Positions 25,802-38,999 of a stretch of 64,000 bases of DNA are shown here, one piece after another. The first letter of the stretch is position 1, and each line of letters starts with the position of its first letter. Made by a program: the position numbers and the translations under genes. The notes below the pieces were generated by a model that was given only the letters and a program-made list of their open reading frames with translations, searched no databases and was not told where the DNA came from. The stretch is taken from assembly GCF_006345805.1 (NCBI RefSeq), contig NC_043003.1, positions 52,700,001 through 52,764,000 of the forward strand. Direction: 5' to 3'. The stretch comes from Octopus sinensis (Eukaryota).

Positions 25802-26226
25802 GGCACTGGAGCGGCTGTGTGGTAAGTAGCTTGCTTACCAACCACATGGTTCCGGGTTCAGCCCCACTACATGGCACTTTGGGCAAGTGTCTTCTACTAT
25901 AGCCTCGGGCCGACCAAAGCCTTGTGAGTGGATTTGGTAGACGTAAACTGAAAGAAACCCGTCGTATATATGTATACATATATATATGTATGTGTGTGTA
26001 TATGTTTGTGTGTCTGTGTTTGTCCCCCCCCCCAACATCGCTTGACAACCGATACTGGTGTGTTTACGTCCCCGTAACTTAGTTCTTCGGCAAAAAGAAA
26101 CCGATAGAATAAGTACTAGGCTTACAAAGAATAAGTCCTGAGGTCGATTTGCTCGATTGACTAAAGGCGGTGCTCCAGCATGGCTGCAGTCAAATGACTG
26201 AAACAAGTAAAAGAGTAAAAGAGAGA
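25802..26226 (+). mobile_element. SINE family A, full length
   Basis: Matches 12546-12947. Confidence 0.9.
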
Positions 26227-26384
26227 GTACATCACGAATATGAGCAAATGAGTACATATATCGTATCTAAGCTGGTCTACACCACAACATAAAATAATTG
26301 TTGATTTAGTCATTGCATTCTTTTAAGAATCTCAGTGTAAAATATCAACAAAGTTTTGCACGATTATATAGATTTTAATAATTA

Positions 26385-26723
26385 TACCAGATCTGGGAGC
26401 TGTTTCCACAGAGTTCCGACCATGTTTGAATTCTCGATGCCAGCGTTTTACACGGTCATATGATGGGGCATCATCACCATAAATTACTTTCATTTCATCA
26501 AAAGTCTCCCGTGGTGTGTGTCCTTTCAAATACAAAAACCGGATCACTGCTCGACACTCAACAGGCTCCCTTTCGCACTTGACTCAATTCAAACACCACA
26601 ATTAGTTCAGAGCTGTAATTTGCCACTTAATCTATAGAGATATAAATAATTGCACATGCAAAATTTCAGCTAGATCAAACAACTGCAAGTATGTCAGGGG
26701 CATTACTTATTGAACGTCCCTCG
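26385..26723 (-). mobile_element. Mariner 5' fragment (TIR plus N-terminal HTH)
   Basis: TA|cgagggacgttcaataagtaatgc terminus. EPVECRAVIRFLYLKGHTPRETFDEMK..YGDDAPSY..VKRWHREFKHGR.SVE..PRSG; start codon lost. Confidence 0.85.
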
Positions 26724-28310
26724 TATCCCAGTAGTGCCGTTAAGGTAAAACATTGTGATATCACATCAGTTATAACAATATTACTAGTGATTTTAATAGT
26801 GACATCCCATTAGTTTTGTCAGTGGAAATACCATAATACGCCATTAGTAATTGTAATATAACTAAGGATTTTAATAGTAATATCTTAGTAGTATTGGTAG
26901 GGGAGCCATCTAATATAGATTCAAATATACATTGGAGTTGACTGTAAGCTTAGTAGATTAATTTTAGTACTGTACAGTATATAACTGAAACACTCGTCAT
27001 TTATGCTTTGCTTGTATTACTTACAGATGATATCTGTGTTACTCCATGGTACAAAATTATAACATAGAATGCTATACCAACGACTGAATAAGAACAATGT
27101 TCTTTCAGTTGGGGGTATGGCATTCTACTGTATTGACCAACCGTGAATCTAATCTACTCTTTCTATTACTAAGTTTTTTAGGGGGAATGTTTTTTTCTCT
27201 GATATTAACAAAAAAAGTTGACAATCTGTTATTTCTATCATTTTTCAAAAATTCTAAAACAAACATTTAGAACATATTTCCAATAAAGTGCTTAAACTAT
27301 TGTCGCTCAACCTGCTGGACATAGGAACTAAATCTCCCACAAATTTTCCCTTACCATTTTAGAAAAGATCACATCGGATAGCGCTGTCTAAGATGCACTA
27401 TGCTTAGATGGTTACAGCTGGAATTGCTTTGATCACACACACACAGACAGACAGAGCCACACACAGAGAGCCCCCCTCCCCACACGCACATACACACATA
27501 CACACGCACACACATGGGTGACAGCTGACTTAGGAATAAACAACAAGAACGACACATTCTTGTGGGTAAAACAACTAATAGTGTTCTTTGCTTTTAATAA
27601 TTGATCACGCATTTAAACTGTCTTTCTTAGAATCATTAAGCAATGAAGCTTACCGAATTGTTCAATATGATTTCTTTCGGAAGGTTTAGATTGAATTTTA
27701 TTTTTATTTACTTTTAGATATTTGTGCCACTGCTGAAAGCCTTTTTGGAAATGTCATCTAAACAAGAAACAAAAATACCCTTGAGTTATTCAGAATATTT
27801 AAAGGTAATGTTTTTCTAATGCTTTGAATACGCAATGAAATTGTGCTTCAAAAAATCAAACACGTCAAACGCATTTGTGTTAATTTAGGTACAGCATATG
27901 TAGAAGTACAGCCATTTATGGATTTATACACAATTTTTCTATAATTATTCTCTTAAAATCGATGCATGAATTTTAGATTAAGCACAAAAAAAAATTCAGT
28001 CAATGAATCTACGAATTTATCAATGTCCGGTATTGCTTAGTTTGTTATTGCTTACCTATGTCTGTCCATGTTTGTCTCCTCTATGTTTAGCCCCTTGTGG
28101 GTAATAAAGAAATAGGTATTGCTTAGTTTTCCCTCAAGGCGTGTTGAGAATTTAATTTGTAATCTGTTTTTCAATCTAATTTCATTAGATAGGGGTTAGA
28201 TTTGTGCTACAAGTTGTTTGGTTATAACTAACGCAGATTATTGTTCCACATAGGACACTTTTTAACACTACAAAACAATTTTACTTGACAATTAAATGTG
28301 TTTGTGTTAA

Positions 28311-28516
28311 GGCGGCGAGCTGGCAGAAACGTTAGCACGTCAGGCGAAATGCTTAGCAGTATTTCGTGTGTCTTTATGTTCTGAGTTCAAATTTCGCTGA
28401 GGTCGATTTTGCCTTTCATCCTTTCTAGTCGATACATTAAGTACTGGGTGTCGATCTAGTCGACTGCCCCGCCCCTCTCCAAAAATTTGGGCCTTGTGCC
28501 TAGAGTAGAAAAGAAT
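28311..28516 (+). mobile_element. SINE family B monomer
   Basis: Head, core and tail all present. An isolated spacer fragment lies at ~28060-28125. Confidence 0.88.
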
Positions 28517-28596
28517 TACATGTGTTTGTGTGCTTTAATCAACCTTAGCTATGGAACAAAAGTGAAAACATAATCGAAGTCTTTAACACAATGTAA

Positions 28597-29948
28597 TTAT
28601 GTTATGATGATCTATATATTCATGCATCAAAATCAAAATGATATTTATTAAACATGGTACCCAGGGCTCTACTAGGTATTTATAAGTCAAATATGATGAG
28701 TCATGAATGGTTAGTAATTAACCGTTCGTTACTTACAGTTACGTGTTCAGATCATGACTTATTGCTCATAACTGACGATTATCAATAATCCATTTTATAC
28801 CGATTCCTTAATATTGAGTAATTGACTGTAAAACTTGTGCGATATCAAATTAGAGAAATATTTAGAGTCAACGGTGAATGTTATTATAAATTTAACCAAC
28901 GAAAATTTTAGCAAACGACGTAGAAGATATTATTCGAAAAGTTCTTGGGATTATTTATAAAGCCAATAAGATAAAAATTACTATGCAGAATTCCAGATTA
29001 GAATAAATCTTTAACCAATTAAAAGATGAAAAGGATTTTTTTTGATGACTCAGCTTTTGAAATTATGGAACAAATCTTTAATAATTTCTACAAAGGTCAA
29101 AAGGATTATCTTTTGGTGATTCAATTTTGATTTATATGCAGTGTTTAAAAATAACCAGACTATTCAATTGAGTGTTTCCTGATCTATACTTAGCTTTCTA
29201 GTCTGCATTATATTATGGATGCCACATATTAACTTTCATCTAGGTATTCACCAGAATTTGATTAAACTTGACTGATAATTCCAAATAAATTTAAAATTTG
29301 TTTAAATATGATAAATATGATTGTGATGAATATGAATAACATGAAATGGTTTTAATAGGAAAAAAAGTTATGGAATGTTTTCATGTTGCTGAAAATATTT
29401 CTTTAGCATTAAATTTCTCACAATATATTTGTTATAACTAAGCAATTAATCAATATGGAATAACATTTATTTCTTGTAATCAACATTACTGCTTTATCAG
29501 TCACGTTTAGTTTAATTATGGTGTGTACCAAGACGAAAGCAGTACGTCAATATGTGACGTTGATAAGATGCTTGATACAGAATGGAATGCTAGATATAGG
29601 TAAGAAAAGTCTCATTTGAATAGTTAGATCACTGGATATGAATTAAAGCTGACTCACTAAAAGATAATCCATTTCACCTTTTAATTGGTTAAGGATTTGT
29701 TGTAATCATAAATTCTAAGTAACATTTTCATTCTATTGATTTTGTGGAAAACGCCATAAACTTTTCAACTAATGTTTTCAACCATAGGCACAGAAGTGGC
29801 TGTGTGGTATATAGCTTGCTTACAAACCACATGGTTTTAGGTTCATTCCCACTGCGTGGTACCTTGGGCAAGTATCTTTTACTATAGCCTCGGGCCGACC
29901 AAAGCCTTGTGAGTGGATTTGGTAAACGGAAACTGAAAGAAGCCCGTC

Positions 29949-30010
<62 letters not shown>

Positions 30011-30750
30011 ATATGTATGTGTGTATATGTTTGTGTGTCTGTGTTTGTCCCCAGCCCAACATCGCTTAACAACCGATGCTGGTGTGTTTACGTCCCTGTA
30101 ACTTAGCGGTTCAGCAAAGAGGCCGATAGAATAAGTACTAGGCTTCCAAAGATTAAGTCCTGGGATCGATTTGCTCGACTGAAAGCGGTGCTCCAGCATG
30201 GCCACAGTCAAATGACTGAAACAAGTAAAAGAGTAACCTCCTTTGCTAAAATTTCATTGGTCAAATTTAGAGAAATGTTTATCGTTGACGGCAAGGATTT
30301 CTCCAACTTACGGTATTAGCTAACTGACAAGTTGAATCGTCAGTTATGATCACTAAATCATAATTTGAACTGTAACTTATGAATGGTTATTAACCGTAAC
30401 TTATGAATAGTTATCATTCCTGATTAGGATCATATCGTATCTGATTAATTTATAACTGATGACACTCGTAGATATTCCCCAATTTATAAAATGTTCGTAT
30501 TTATATTTTGATGCATAAATTTATAGATTATCATAACTTTGTTACATACGGGTGCCAATGTCCTAGTCAGGAATGATAACCATTCATATTTTACAATTAC
30601 GTGTTCAAATCATGACCTAGTATCATAACTGACGATTTAACTTGTCAATTAGCCGATTCCGCAAAACTGAGAGATGGTCCACAAGACTTAAGTGACGTCA
30701 AGTTAGAGAAATTCTTGGTGACAACAATAAACATTATTTTAGAAATTTCG
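28597..30750. repeat. Long diverged inverted repeats (28597-28917 vs 30240-30546, plus a further arm at 30560-30750); foldback or long-TIR DNA-element remnant
   Basis: aaattttagcaaacg / cctttgctaaaattt and cataactgacgatt / aatcgtcagttatg match as reverse complements. Confidence 0.6.
29787..30236 (+). mobile_element. SINE family A, full length
   Basis: Matches 12546-12947 with an expanded (TA)n. Confidence 0.9.
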
Positions 30751-32664
30751 TTATGTCCAAGAGTTTCCTAACTGGGATCGGAGACGATAATATTTCTTGG
30801 AATTTGTCATTTAAATCTTCCCACAATAGATAAATTAAGTACTAAAGTCAGTGTTATCGGTCATTCTCGTGCGCTTACAAAAATTATCCTTGGACTATTA
30901 GGCGAAAGTAAATTCAGTTTGATGTTCATGTCGTTCCCCCAAGATAGTGTAATTTAATGAATATATTTTAACTAAGAATGGAAATCACGTGTCAGACTAA
31001 ACTCATTAACCTGATGTGTCTGCATATGGCTTTATCCACTCTCGTTATATTTAAGATTTCCTCTTTTAATAAAGAGAGTGAAGATGATAGGAAATAGAAG
31101 GTAGAATATAAATTTGAAAGAATGAAACGACACTTATTACAATAGGTGTGACGTTATGAAGTCGGTAGAATCGACTGCTTTTGATGGAAGGCAAATAATT
31201 TGAAAGAGCATCTTCCGAATCGCTTTCCTTTATTTCTTACAGGAAAATTAACTTTTTATATAGAAAACACGAGCCAGTGTTGAAGCCGGTAAAGCGATGC
31301 AGATCACCTTGTATCAGAATAATGTTCTTTTAGCAATTGTACCATACACCGGTTCTCCGTTTGAAAAAAGTCAAAGTAGGGACCGAATAAATATCCATTA
31401 TAAGTCATCTCGCAGTTTTCCGCTTTGAAATAGCTATAAATTTAGCGATATAATGAGCAAATATCGATGTTGTAGAAATTCTATATATTTAAAAATCCCA
31501 CACGCCTTTTCTTCCTGTCTTATAAATCCACAGAATGGCTAAAAATATATGCATCCCATTTTTATCTGTTTGTTTTATATGCACAAGGTTGCAGTTGTTA
31601 ATAAAAGTAAACCAAGAACCATATAGTCAATGGGATTATTGGATTATGTAGCGATAACAGGACATGAAACTCTTGGATAGATTACCAATTTATTTTTGAT
31701 AGCATTCTCTGAAGATCTGAGACCTCGATGAACGTAGGTAGTTTAAACATAAGCGATACGTCTGCTCAGTCAGATCAAAACAGCCGATGTGATTTCGAGA
31801 GCTCAGTAATTTTATATAGATACCTATTCAATTACTGTTCAAACACCAACTGAAAAGTTTTGCTTTGCATTAGTTGTCTTTCTAATTCTTATCCTTCTTT
31901 TGCAGCTCAACAAACTCCTGAAATGTCAGACTCCAGTCAGCGTTGAAGCGGGTGAACCGGTTCATGATGAACATTTATTTATCATTACTCATCAAGGTAA
32001 ACTGTTGTTATTGCTTAGCCTCAATTTGTCCCAGTCGAGCTATGTAGTATCCAATCGTTTTTTTTTTTGGGGGGGGGGATACTATTTTCCAGACTAGTAT
32101 TTAATATCTTGTATAAGGTTATTGTAAGTAGCATTTCGAAGACCACGTAATAGTTCCCTTGTTGGTTTTATTATTAAAATAAGTTATATAAGCATGTGGC
32201 TCTTAATTCCACAACTTTCGGTACGCTCTGGTGTGTTAGTGAAGATAGAGATTGGTTCATGGCCTAAGGCTACTGGAGTACTCAAATTAAAAAATACATA
32301 CTAACGAAATACTGAACTATATTATACTACTTAAGGCTGTTTACAGCAATCCCTGGAACATTGCGTATTAACTACATCTGTCAAGGATACCGTGCAGTAC
32401 TAGAAACAAATTCCAAATCAAAAACATCTCAGCCAGTTTTCTCTTTAGACTTGATCAACCGCAGCTCATTAAAAATGAAAGTACTATATAAATTTTCTCT
32501 GTCCATTTTGACTCGCCTTCCTACCCAACTAATTAGTGCTAAGTCCATTGTAGTAGCAAAAGAGGGAGCTGAGATTGAGAGATTAATTAGTAGCGTCTTC
32601 GTGAGTGAATTGTCACAAAATCATTGAATGATCTCTTTTGAATGTGGTCTACATTGCTTATAGT

Positions 32665-33048
32665 GGAGGCGCAATGGCCCAGTGGTTAGGGCGGCGGACT
32701 CGCGGTCATAGGATCGCGGTTTCGATTCCCAGACCGGGCGTTGTGAGTGTTTATTGAGCGAAAACACCTAAAGCTCCACGAGGCTCCGGCAGGGGATGGT
32801 GGTGATCCCTGCTGTACTCCTTCACCACAACTTTCTCTCACTCTTACTTCCTGTTCCTGTTGTACCTGTATTTCAAAGGGCCGGCCTTCTCACTCTCTGT
32901 GTCACGCTGAATATCCCCGAGAACTACGTTAAGGGTACACGTGTCTGTGGAGTGCTCAGCCACTTACACTTTAATTTCACGAGCAGGCTGTTCCGTTGAT
33001 TCGGATCAACCGGAACCCTCATCGTCGTAACCGACGGAGTGCTTCCAC
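32665..33048 (+). mobile_element. tRNA-derived SINE (family D head plus tail T2)
   Basis: ggaggcgcaatggcccagtggttaggg...ggtttcgattccc head with A/B boxes; body shared with 33722-34032. Confidence 0.88.
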
Positions 33049-33721
33049 ATCGCCCCACTTGTATGATCAGTATTCAAATATGCATCTTATCTGTGCTTTC
33101 TAGATAATTAGTAACTGACTGAGATTGAAGTACTAGTTGGTTTTAAAGAGTAATGCCGGTTTTTGATGATGCAGCTTTAGCAATGTAATATATGCGGAGT
33201 ATTTGTGAAAGATCATAAAAAACAATGGGGCTTAGCGTTTGTAGTGACTTTGAAGGTTTTAATTATATGTTGTTTATGACTAGAAGGTATTTCTTTCCTC
33301 TCTTAAGTTTAAGTCTTTGTTATAAGTAACGAGTTTATCGTGTTCTTTTCAGAAAACACTCCTTTCACAGAGGTAACATATAAATCTGGATGAGGTGTTT
33401 AAGTTGCATGTGAATAATGCCTGTTTGCGGCAGTTTAAGGCGAGATGAAGGGCGATATCATCTGGATAGAAGGGAATGTTGCTGGAAGTGAGAACGAAAA
33501 TACTATTGATGCAAGAAAAGAAAAAAAAAAGATGTGCGTGTGCGGACATGTGTGTGATGGTTACATTACTGAACAGAATTGTTAGAAGGTAGATGGCAGA
33601 GAGTCCATTCACGTGCACTGTAATGCTGCGGTCTGCTAGAAAGTTTACTGTCTAAGAAATAAGAGACCAATAGAGTACATAAGCGGAAAACCTCGGTAGA
33701 ATGTTCATGGGAACTTTCTAT

Positions 33722-34032
33722 TTTTTATTTATGCGCCCTTTTCAAGCCTAGCCAGGCTCATGGGCCCTGTTTCCCGGTTTCTATGGCGTATGTGTTCCCC
33801 CCAGCTGGACAGGACGCCAGTCCATCGCAGCGTTACTCAACAAACAGGAAGAAAGAGTGAGAGTAAGTTGGGCGAAATAGTACAACAGGAGTCGCCACCC
33901 CACCCTGCCGGAGCCTTGTGGAGCTTTAGATGTTTTCGCTCAATAAATACACACAACGCCCGGTCTGGGAATCGAAACCGTGATCCTCCGACCGCGAATC
34001 CGTTGCCCTGACCACTGGGCCATTGCGCCTCC
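33722..34032 (-). mobile_element. SINE, family D head plus tail T1
   Basis: Head matches 32665; tail matches 20400-20500. Confidence 0.88.
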
Positions 34033-35580
34033 GAGAACCTTCTATATTGATGTCAAATGTAACAATATTCATAATATCGAAGTTTTCAAAAGTGTGAACC
34101 TATTAGAGAATAACAAAGGAGAGTGAGTCTCTTGTACATCTGATTTTACAGAAGTTATACTCGGGATTATTGAGTAGAGAGGGAGATTGAAGATGACGAA
34201 AGAAGTGATTTTTAGTAAAGGTTTCCCTAATTTTTGAGGTGTTGGAAGTGAGGGCGATGCTTGGCAGAGTTAGAGAAGTTGTTCTTTTGGAGAAAGAGTC
34301 ACATTGTTGCACATTTCTAGAGATTGGAGCAGATTCTTATAACAGAGAGGTATAAAGAGGAGAGGTGTGAGGTTTTTCAGGTTATAGGAGTTAGTAGTGT
34401 GAAGGGACATTCATAGGAGAGCGATTTCAGTGATCCACTTTATCTCAAGGCTAATCGAGAACTAATACACTTTTGCTGCAGTCGGCATAAAACTGCGGAG
34501 CTCCGATGAGTTTGTTGACTTGCTCACCAGGGGAAAAGAAATTTAGGTGCTGTGAGGTAGGGGTGGGTGGAGGTTAAGTGCGTTGCCTCGATTAGACAGT
34601 AAACAGGCGGATGAACGGACGAGTTGAACGGAACATGGGATGGCGATGGTTGGGAAATGTTTAGGGAGTTGACGTAAGAAAGCGTTCAACGATATTTATA
34701 ACACTATCGGGAATAGATACTTCAGAAGGGTATTAGAGTTATGCTTAATAACCATTTTATGTCAAGGTGATGATATCAATGTAAATGTCTTGTAGAAAGT
34801 AAAAAAGAAAAAAAAAGTCCACATTTGAATTTAATAATTTCAGAAGAGTCCAAGCTGCTTAATATCACCTCTTACATACCATATTTGATGGCATAAAAGA
34901 TGCACGGGTTCATCTGACGCACCCCAATTTCATCAGCGTATGTTCAGGAAGAAAATGTCTAAAGCGCATTAAAGCTTATTGGAGGTCCAACTTTGCATAA
35001 GGGTGATTTTTTAAAGATATTTAAAAAAAAAAATGTAGGTCTTATATGTCATCAAATACGAAATTAATTATGTTATAATGAATAGTTTTGTTGTTCTTTC
35101 TTTATTAATTATATTTTGATACTACCATTTATCACTTATTCTAACAAAATATGTATCTAATTTCGTTTCAGCTTATGAACTATGGTTCAAGCAAATTTTA
35201 TATGAAATCGATTCAGTTAGGGATCTTTTTTCACTCAGTGTAAGTATACATACATAAGCTTTTAAATTAAAAGCATAGTTTTACACAAACCCACTTCAAC
35301 TAACCCTACTCTCACTATCTTTTAATCTTCTGTTTGAATGTGAAAACATGCAATATTGTCCAAAGTGAAACGCAAACATTTTTTTAGTGATAAGTCATGG
35401 TACCAATTAGAATTTTGCAGTGTGATCAAACCTGCCTTAACCAGCAATACGCTACTAGAGAAAAAAATGTTGATGGATTCATAAAAATATAGATCATATT
35501 TGACATTAATTGGCGTGTTTTTCTAAGCAGAAAAGCTGATTATCAAAATATATCTCTTTAATTTCATCGCTTATTTATAA

Positions 35581-35963
35581 CTAGCAGTATCGCCCGGCGT
35601 TGCTCAGGTTTGTAAGGGAAATAACTATAAAGCATTTTTAGAGAGTTATAGCCAAAAAATAGCAAAAAAATGGAAAAAAAATGATGGTAAATTTTTTTTA
35701 GAGTTAAAAAAGGTGGAGTTGCGTCCCCTAGACGGTCTGTGGTTTGGGTTTATGATTCTCGACCCCATGTCGAATTTATCGATTTTTTTCAGAACTGGGG
35801 GAACTTTTCAAAATTTTCGCTGCGTTAGTTTTGAATTATGACATTGGGCTATGTGTGTGTCAAGTTTCATCAGAATCGGTTGAAACCCGTGGTCAGAGTG
35901 AGGGTACGAGAAAACAGACACACAGAAAACGCACAGACAAACTGCCGTTTATATAGAGAGAGA
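35581..35963 (-). mobile_element. Non-autonomous Helitron, 383 bp
   Basis: 5' TC, 3' hairpin plus CTAG, A|T insertion site. About 150 bp is nearly identical to 13665-13800. Confidence 0.8.
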
Positions 35964-36072
35964 TTACACTGTCTGATCTCCACCCTGGCTGGTCACACCA
36001 CCCTTTTCCGACTGATTTTTTTTCTAATTCTGCTCATTCTGTGTCACATCTTTTACTATTATCTCCCTCATT

Positions 36073-36505
36073 AAGGCAGCGAGTTGGTAGAATCGTTAGC
36101 ACGCCGGATGAACTGCTTAGTGGCATTTCTTCCGTCTTCATGTTCTGAGTTCAAACTCCGCCAAGGTCGACTTTACTTTTCATAATTTCGGGATCGATAA
36201 ATTAAATACCAGTTGAGTACTGGGGGGGGTGTCGATGCAATCGATTATCCCCACCCCAAAAATTGCAGACCTTGTGCCTATAGTAGAAAGGATCATTGTC
36301 TACCTTACCTCACGATGGCGGCAATCTGGCAGTATCGTTAGCACGCCGGGCAAAATGCTTAGCAGCGTTTCGTCCGTCTTTACGTCCTGAGTTCAAATTC
36401 TGCCGAGGTCGACTTTCGGGGTCAATAAAATAAGTATCAGTCAAGCACTGGGGTCGATGTAATCCGCTAGTCTTCTCCTTGGTACCTATAGTAGAAAGGA
36501 TTATT
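36073..36505 (+). mobile_element. Two adjacent SINE family B monomers
   Basis: Heads at ~36073 and ~36317; both end ctatagtagaaaggat. Confidence 0.85.
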
Positions 36506-36563
36506 ATGTCCCTCACTTAATTGGATCAGTATTTCTTTCAATGTTATAACCAAAGAATTAAGT

Positions 36564-36861
36564 GAGGGCGCGTGGCTTAGTGCTTAGGGTATTCGGCTCT
36601 CGATCGTAAGGTTGTGAGTTCGAAAACCGGCGGCGCATTGTATCCTTGGGCAAAACACTTTATTTCACGTTGCTCCAGTTCCGATCAGCATAACAGCCTG
36701 CTCGTGAAATTAACGTGCAAGTAGTTGAGCACTCCACAGATGCGTACGCTTAACATAGTTTCGAGGGAGATTCAGCGTGACACAGAGTGTGATAAGGCTG
36801 GCCCTTTGAAATACAGGTAACACTCATTTTTGCCAGCTGAGTGAACTGGAGCAACGTGAAA
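36564..36861. mobile_element. Two family C (CORE-type) SINE pieces tail-to-tail: + head/half-core, and - core plus tail T2
   Basis: Perfect 19-bp inverted repeat 36663-36681 / 36843-36861. The intervening sequence is the reverse complement of tail T2 (32860-33005). Confidence 0.8.
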
Positions 36862-37644
36862 GAAAGATTACCGTATATATCCTCCAAGTAATATTCAATC
36901 TCTCTTAAAAGTCAACTCACTAATTTGTGGCCAGATAATCTGTGATTTATTGTACCTTCAATAAAATTCGACCCTATCTTAAAATATATAGAACCAAGTA
37001 TAGTATATCACTATATGTACAACCTAACCTACGCTTTCTGACACACATTTCTGTTAACAAATTCAAAGACAGAAAGAAGAACGAAAGAAACGTTTTAGTT
37101 ACACAGACCTGTATCGTATCATTATTTTGTTATTATTGGACGTTCTGCTTTTCACTAATTAAAATTTCGACCCAAATAAAACATAAATTTCAGTTCCTGA
37201 AAAAGTAGTATACACATAAATGACGATCCCTAAAATTCAGTCTGAAAAATATGATCTGTAAAACTCGATTTTGATAATGTAAATTGTCTTTCGTCTCGAC
37301 AGGTAAGTTTATGTCTTACACATCCATTACGTTGACATCACACTGACCAGAAAGGGAAAAAATATTTGAATTCAGAATATAAAGATGGACGAAACGTCAC
37401 TAAGTATGTTGCCCGCATGATAACGAACCTGCAAGAATGAAGAAATTTACGTCGTAATAAAAAAGAATTTTAGAATAAAGTGAAAAATTACTCAATATAC
37501 TTTTCGTAGAATACAAATTTTTATTGTTTAACAAGAATAATATTTAAATGGAAACCGAAGTTTCGTCCCGCTAAGGTTGTTTAATAATCTATGATATTTC
37601 GGGGCAAAATTCCCCTTTCCAAATAACACTGATTATTTTCTCTT

Positions 37645-38080
37645 GGATCTTTTCGGTTTGAACGGCAGTTTTTAAAAATAATTTCCTCGTAACTAAACAC
37701 TTTTAAACTTTGTATACTGGTAGAATGTGTTTATAAAACATCTTTATCTATTGGCTTTATTGAGAAAATTCTAAAGTTTGTAAGATATTTGTTGTTTTTT
37801 TCTTCAATTTCTGCAATTTCAACCAATCAGTGACGTCCATTGAGGTGAAAACATTCTGTGCCGTATGAATATGTCCCTCGTTTAAGAAACAGATTGGGTT
37901 TATTTACATTTCTGAAGAAAAAAGATACCCTTCCCCCCACCCCCTAACCCTAACTAACCCTAACCAACCCTAACCCTAAAACAGATTGAAATGCAATAGA
38001 TCGATATTAGGGTCATAATTATGGGTGACAATTTCGTATGACACCGCTAGAAAAAACTGCCGTTCAAACCGAAAAGATCC
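37645..38080. mobile_element. MITE, 436 bp, 29-bp perfect TIRs, internal (CCCTAA)-like repeats; possibly Merlin superfamily
   Basis: TIR ggatcttttcggtttgaacggcagttttt. Candidate 8-bp TSD tttctctt / tttctcgc (6/8). Superfamily assignment is inference. Confidence 0.85.
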
Positions 38081-38374
38081 TTTCTCGCTTCTATTTGAAA
38101 AGGGGAGTTTCTCTCGAAGTATGTTAAAAGTATACCTTAGCATCAAGGGAAATTAATAGAGTAGCTTTCAGAATTCAAGTACTCTAGCCTGCAAACGCCG
38201 AACTAATGCGGATTAGCTCACAAGATATTTTTGAAATTATTTTCTATTGTTTGTTAGCCTTAGGAAATAAATTGTAACACATTTAAATACCAGTCTGCCC
38301 TTGAAAAAGTGTCTACGTGATTAATATCTCGTTTACTGTTGGCCAGCGACAATGAATATATTCATTTCTAACTT

Positions 38375-38419
38375 TATTTCCCTACGCGCGTAAGCGAAAG
38401 CACGGTATTGTAATCACTC

Positions 38420-38483
<64 letters not shown>

Positions 38484-38560
38484 GTGTGTTTGCAAAATTA
38501 CTGGAAAACGGCCGAACGGATTTTCACCAAATTTGGCAGGAATACTCATTGGTTGATTGG
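38375..38560. mobile_element. DINE-1/HINE-like (Helentron-associated) fragment
   Basis: ttatttccctacgcg..gcgaaagcacggtattg, then (CT)n/ctgt tract, then aacggattttcaccaaatttgg core. No second terminus seen. Confidence 0.4.
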
Positions 38561-38999
38561 CTCGAAACGATGAAAATTTGTGTGTGTGTGTTTTTCATTT
38601 AGCTTGCATCACACACACACACAACACATATTCGTATACATATTCATATGTATATACATTCATATTTACACATATGTATGTACACATTAATATATATATA
38701 AAATACACACAGACGCGCGCGCATAGATATCGACAAAAATAAGTAGGTATCAAATATCATTAAAAAAGATAATCCTTCCACAGAACGTGGCAATTACTGG
38801 AGATCAATTTGGGAAAACCCTCTACCACTCGTGCCATTACGAACTCGGTTGGGTTTTTTTCCCTCTACAGAGAAAAGCATCCTTGGGAAGTGAAGAGAAA
38901 ACTTTTCTGATTTCTTAAATCCAGTCACAATAAGATCTTGTGAACCTGAGGTACCTTTAAGAGTGAAGACTAAACCCACAGAGGCTGGAGTCAGAGGAG

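Noticed and set aside
32665-32740. tRNA-like sequences at SINE heads (also 12546, 20256, 36564, 43878)
   Set aside because: A/B boxes are present but the acceptor stems do not close and each continues into a SINE body; not called tRNA genes.
34100-34740. Purine-rich stretch that may be a minus-strand LINE 3' remnant
   Set aside because: Motif similarity is too weak to assign.
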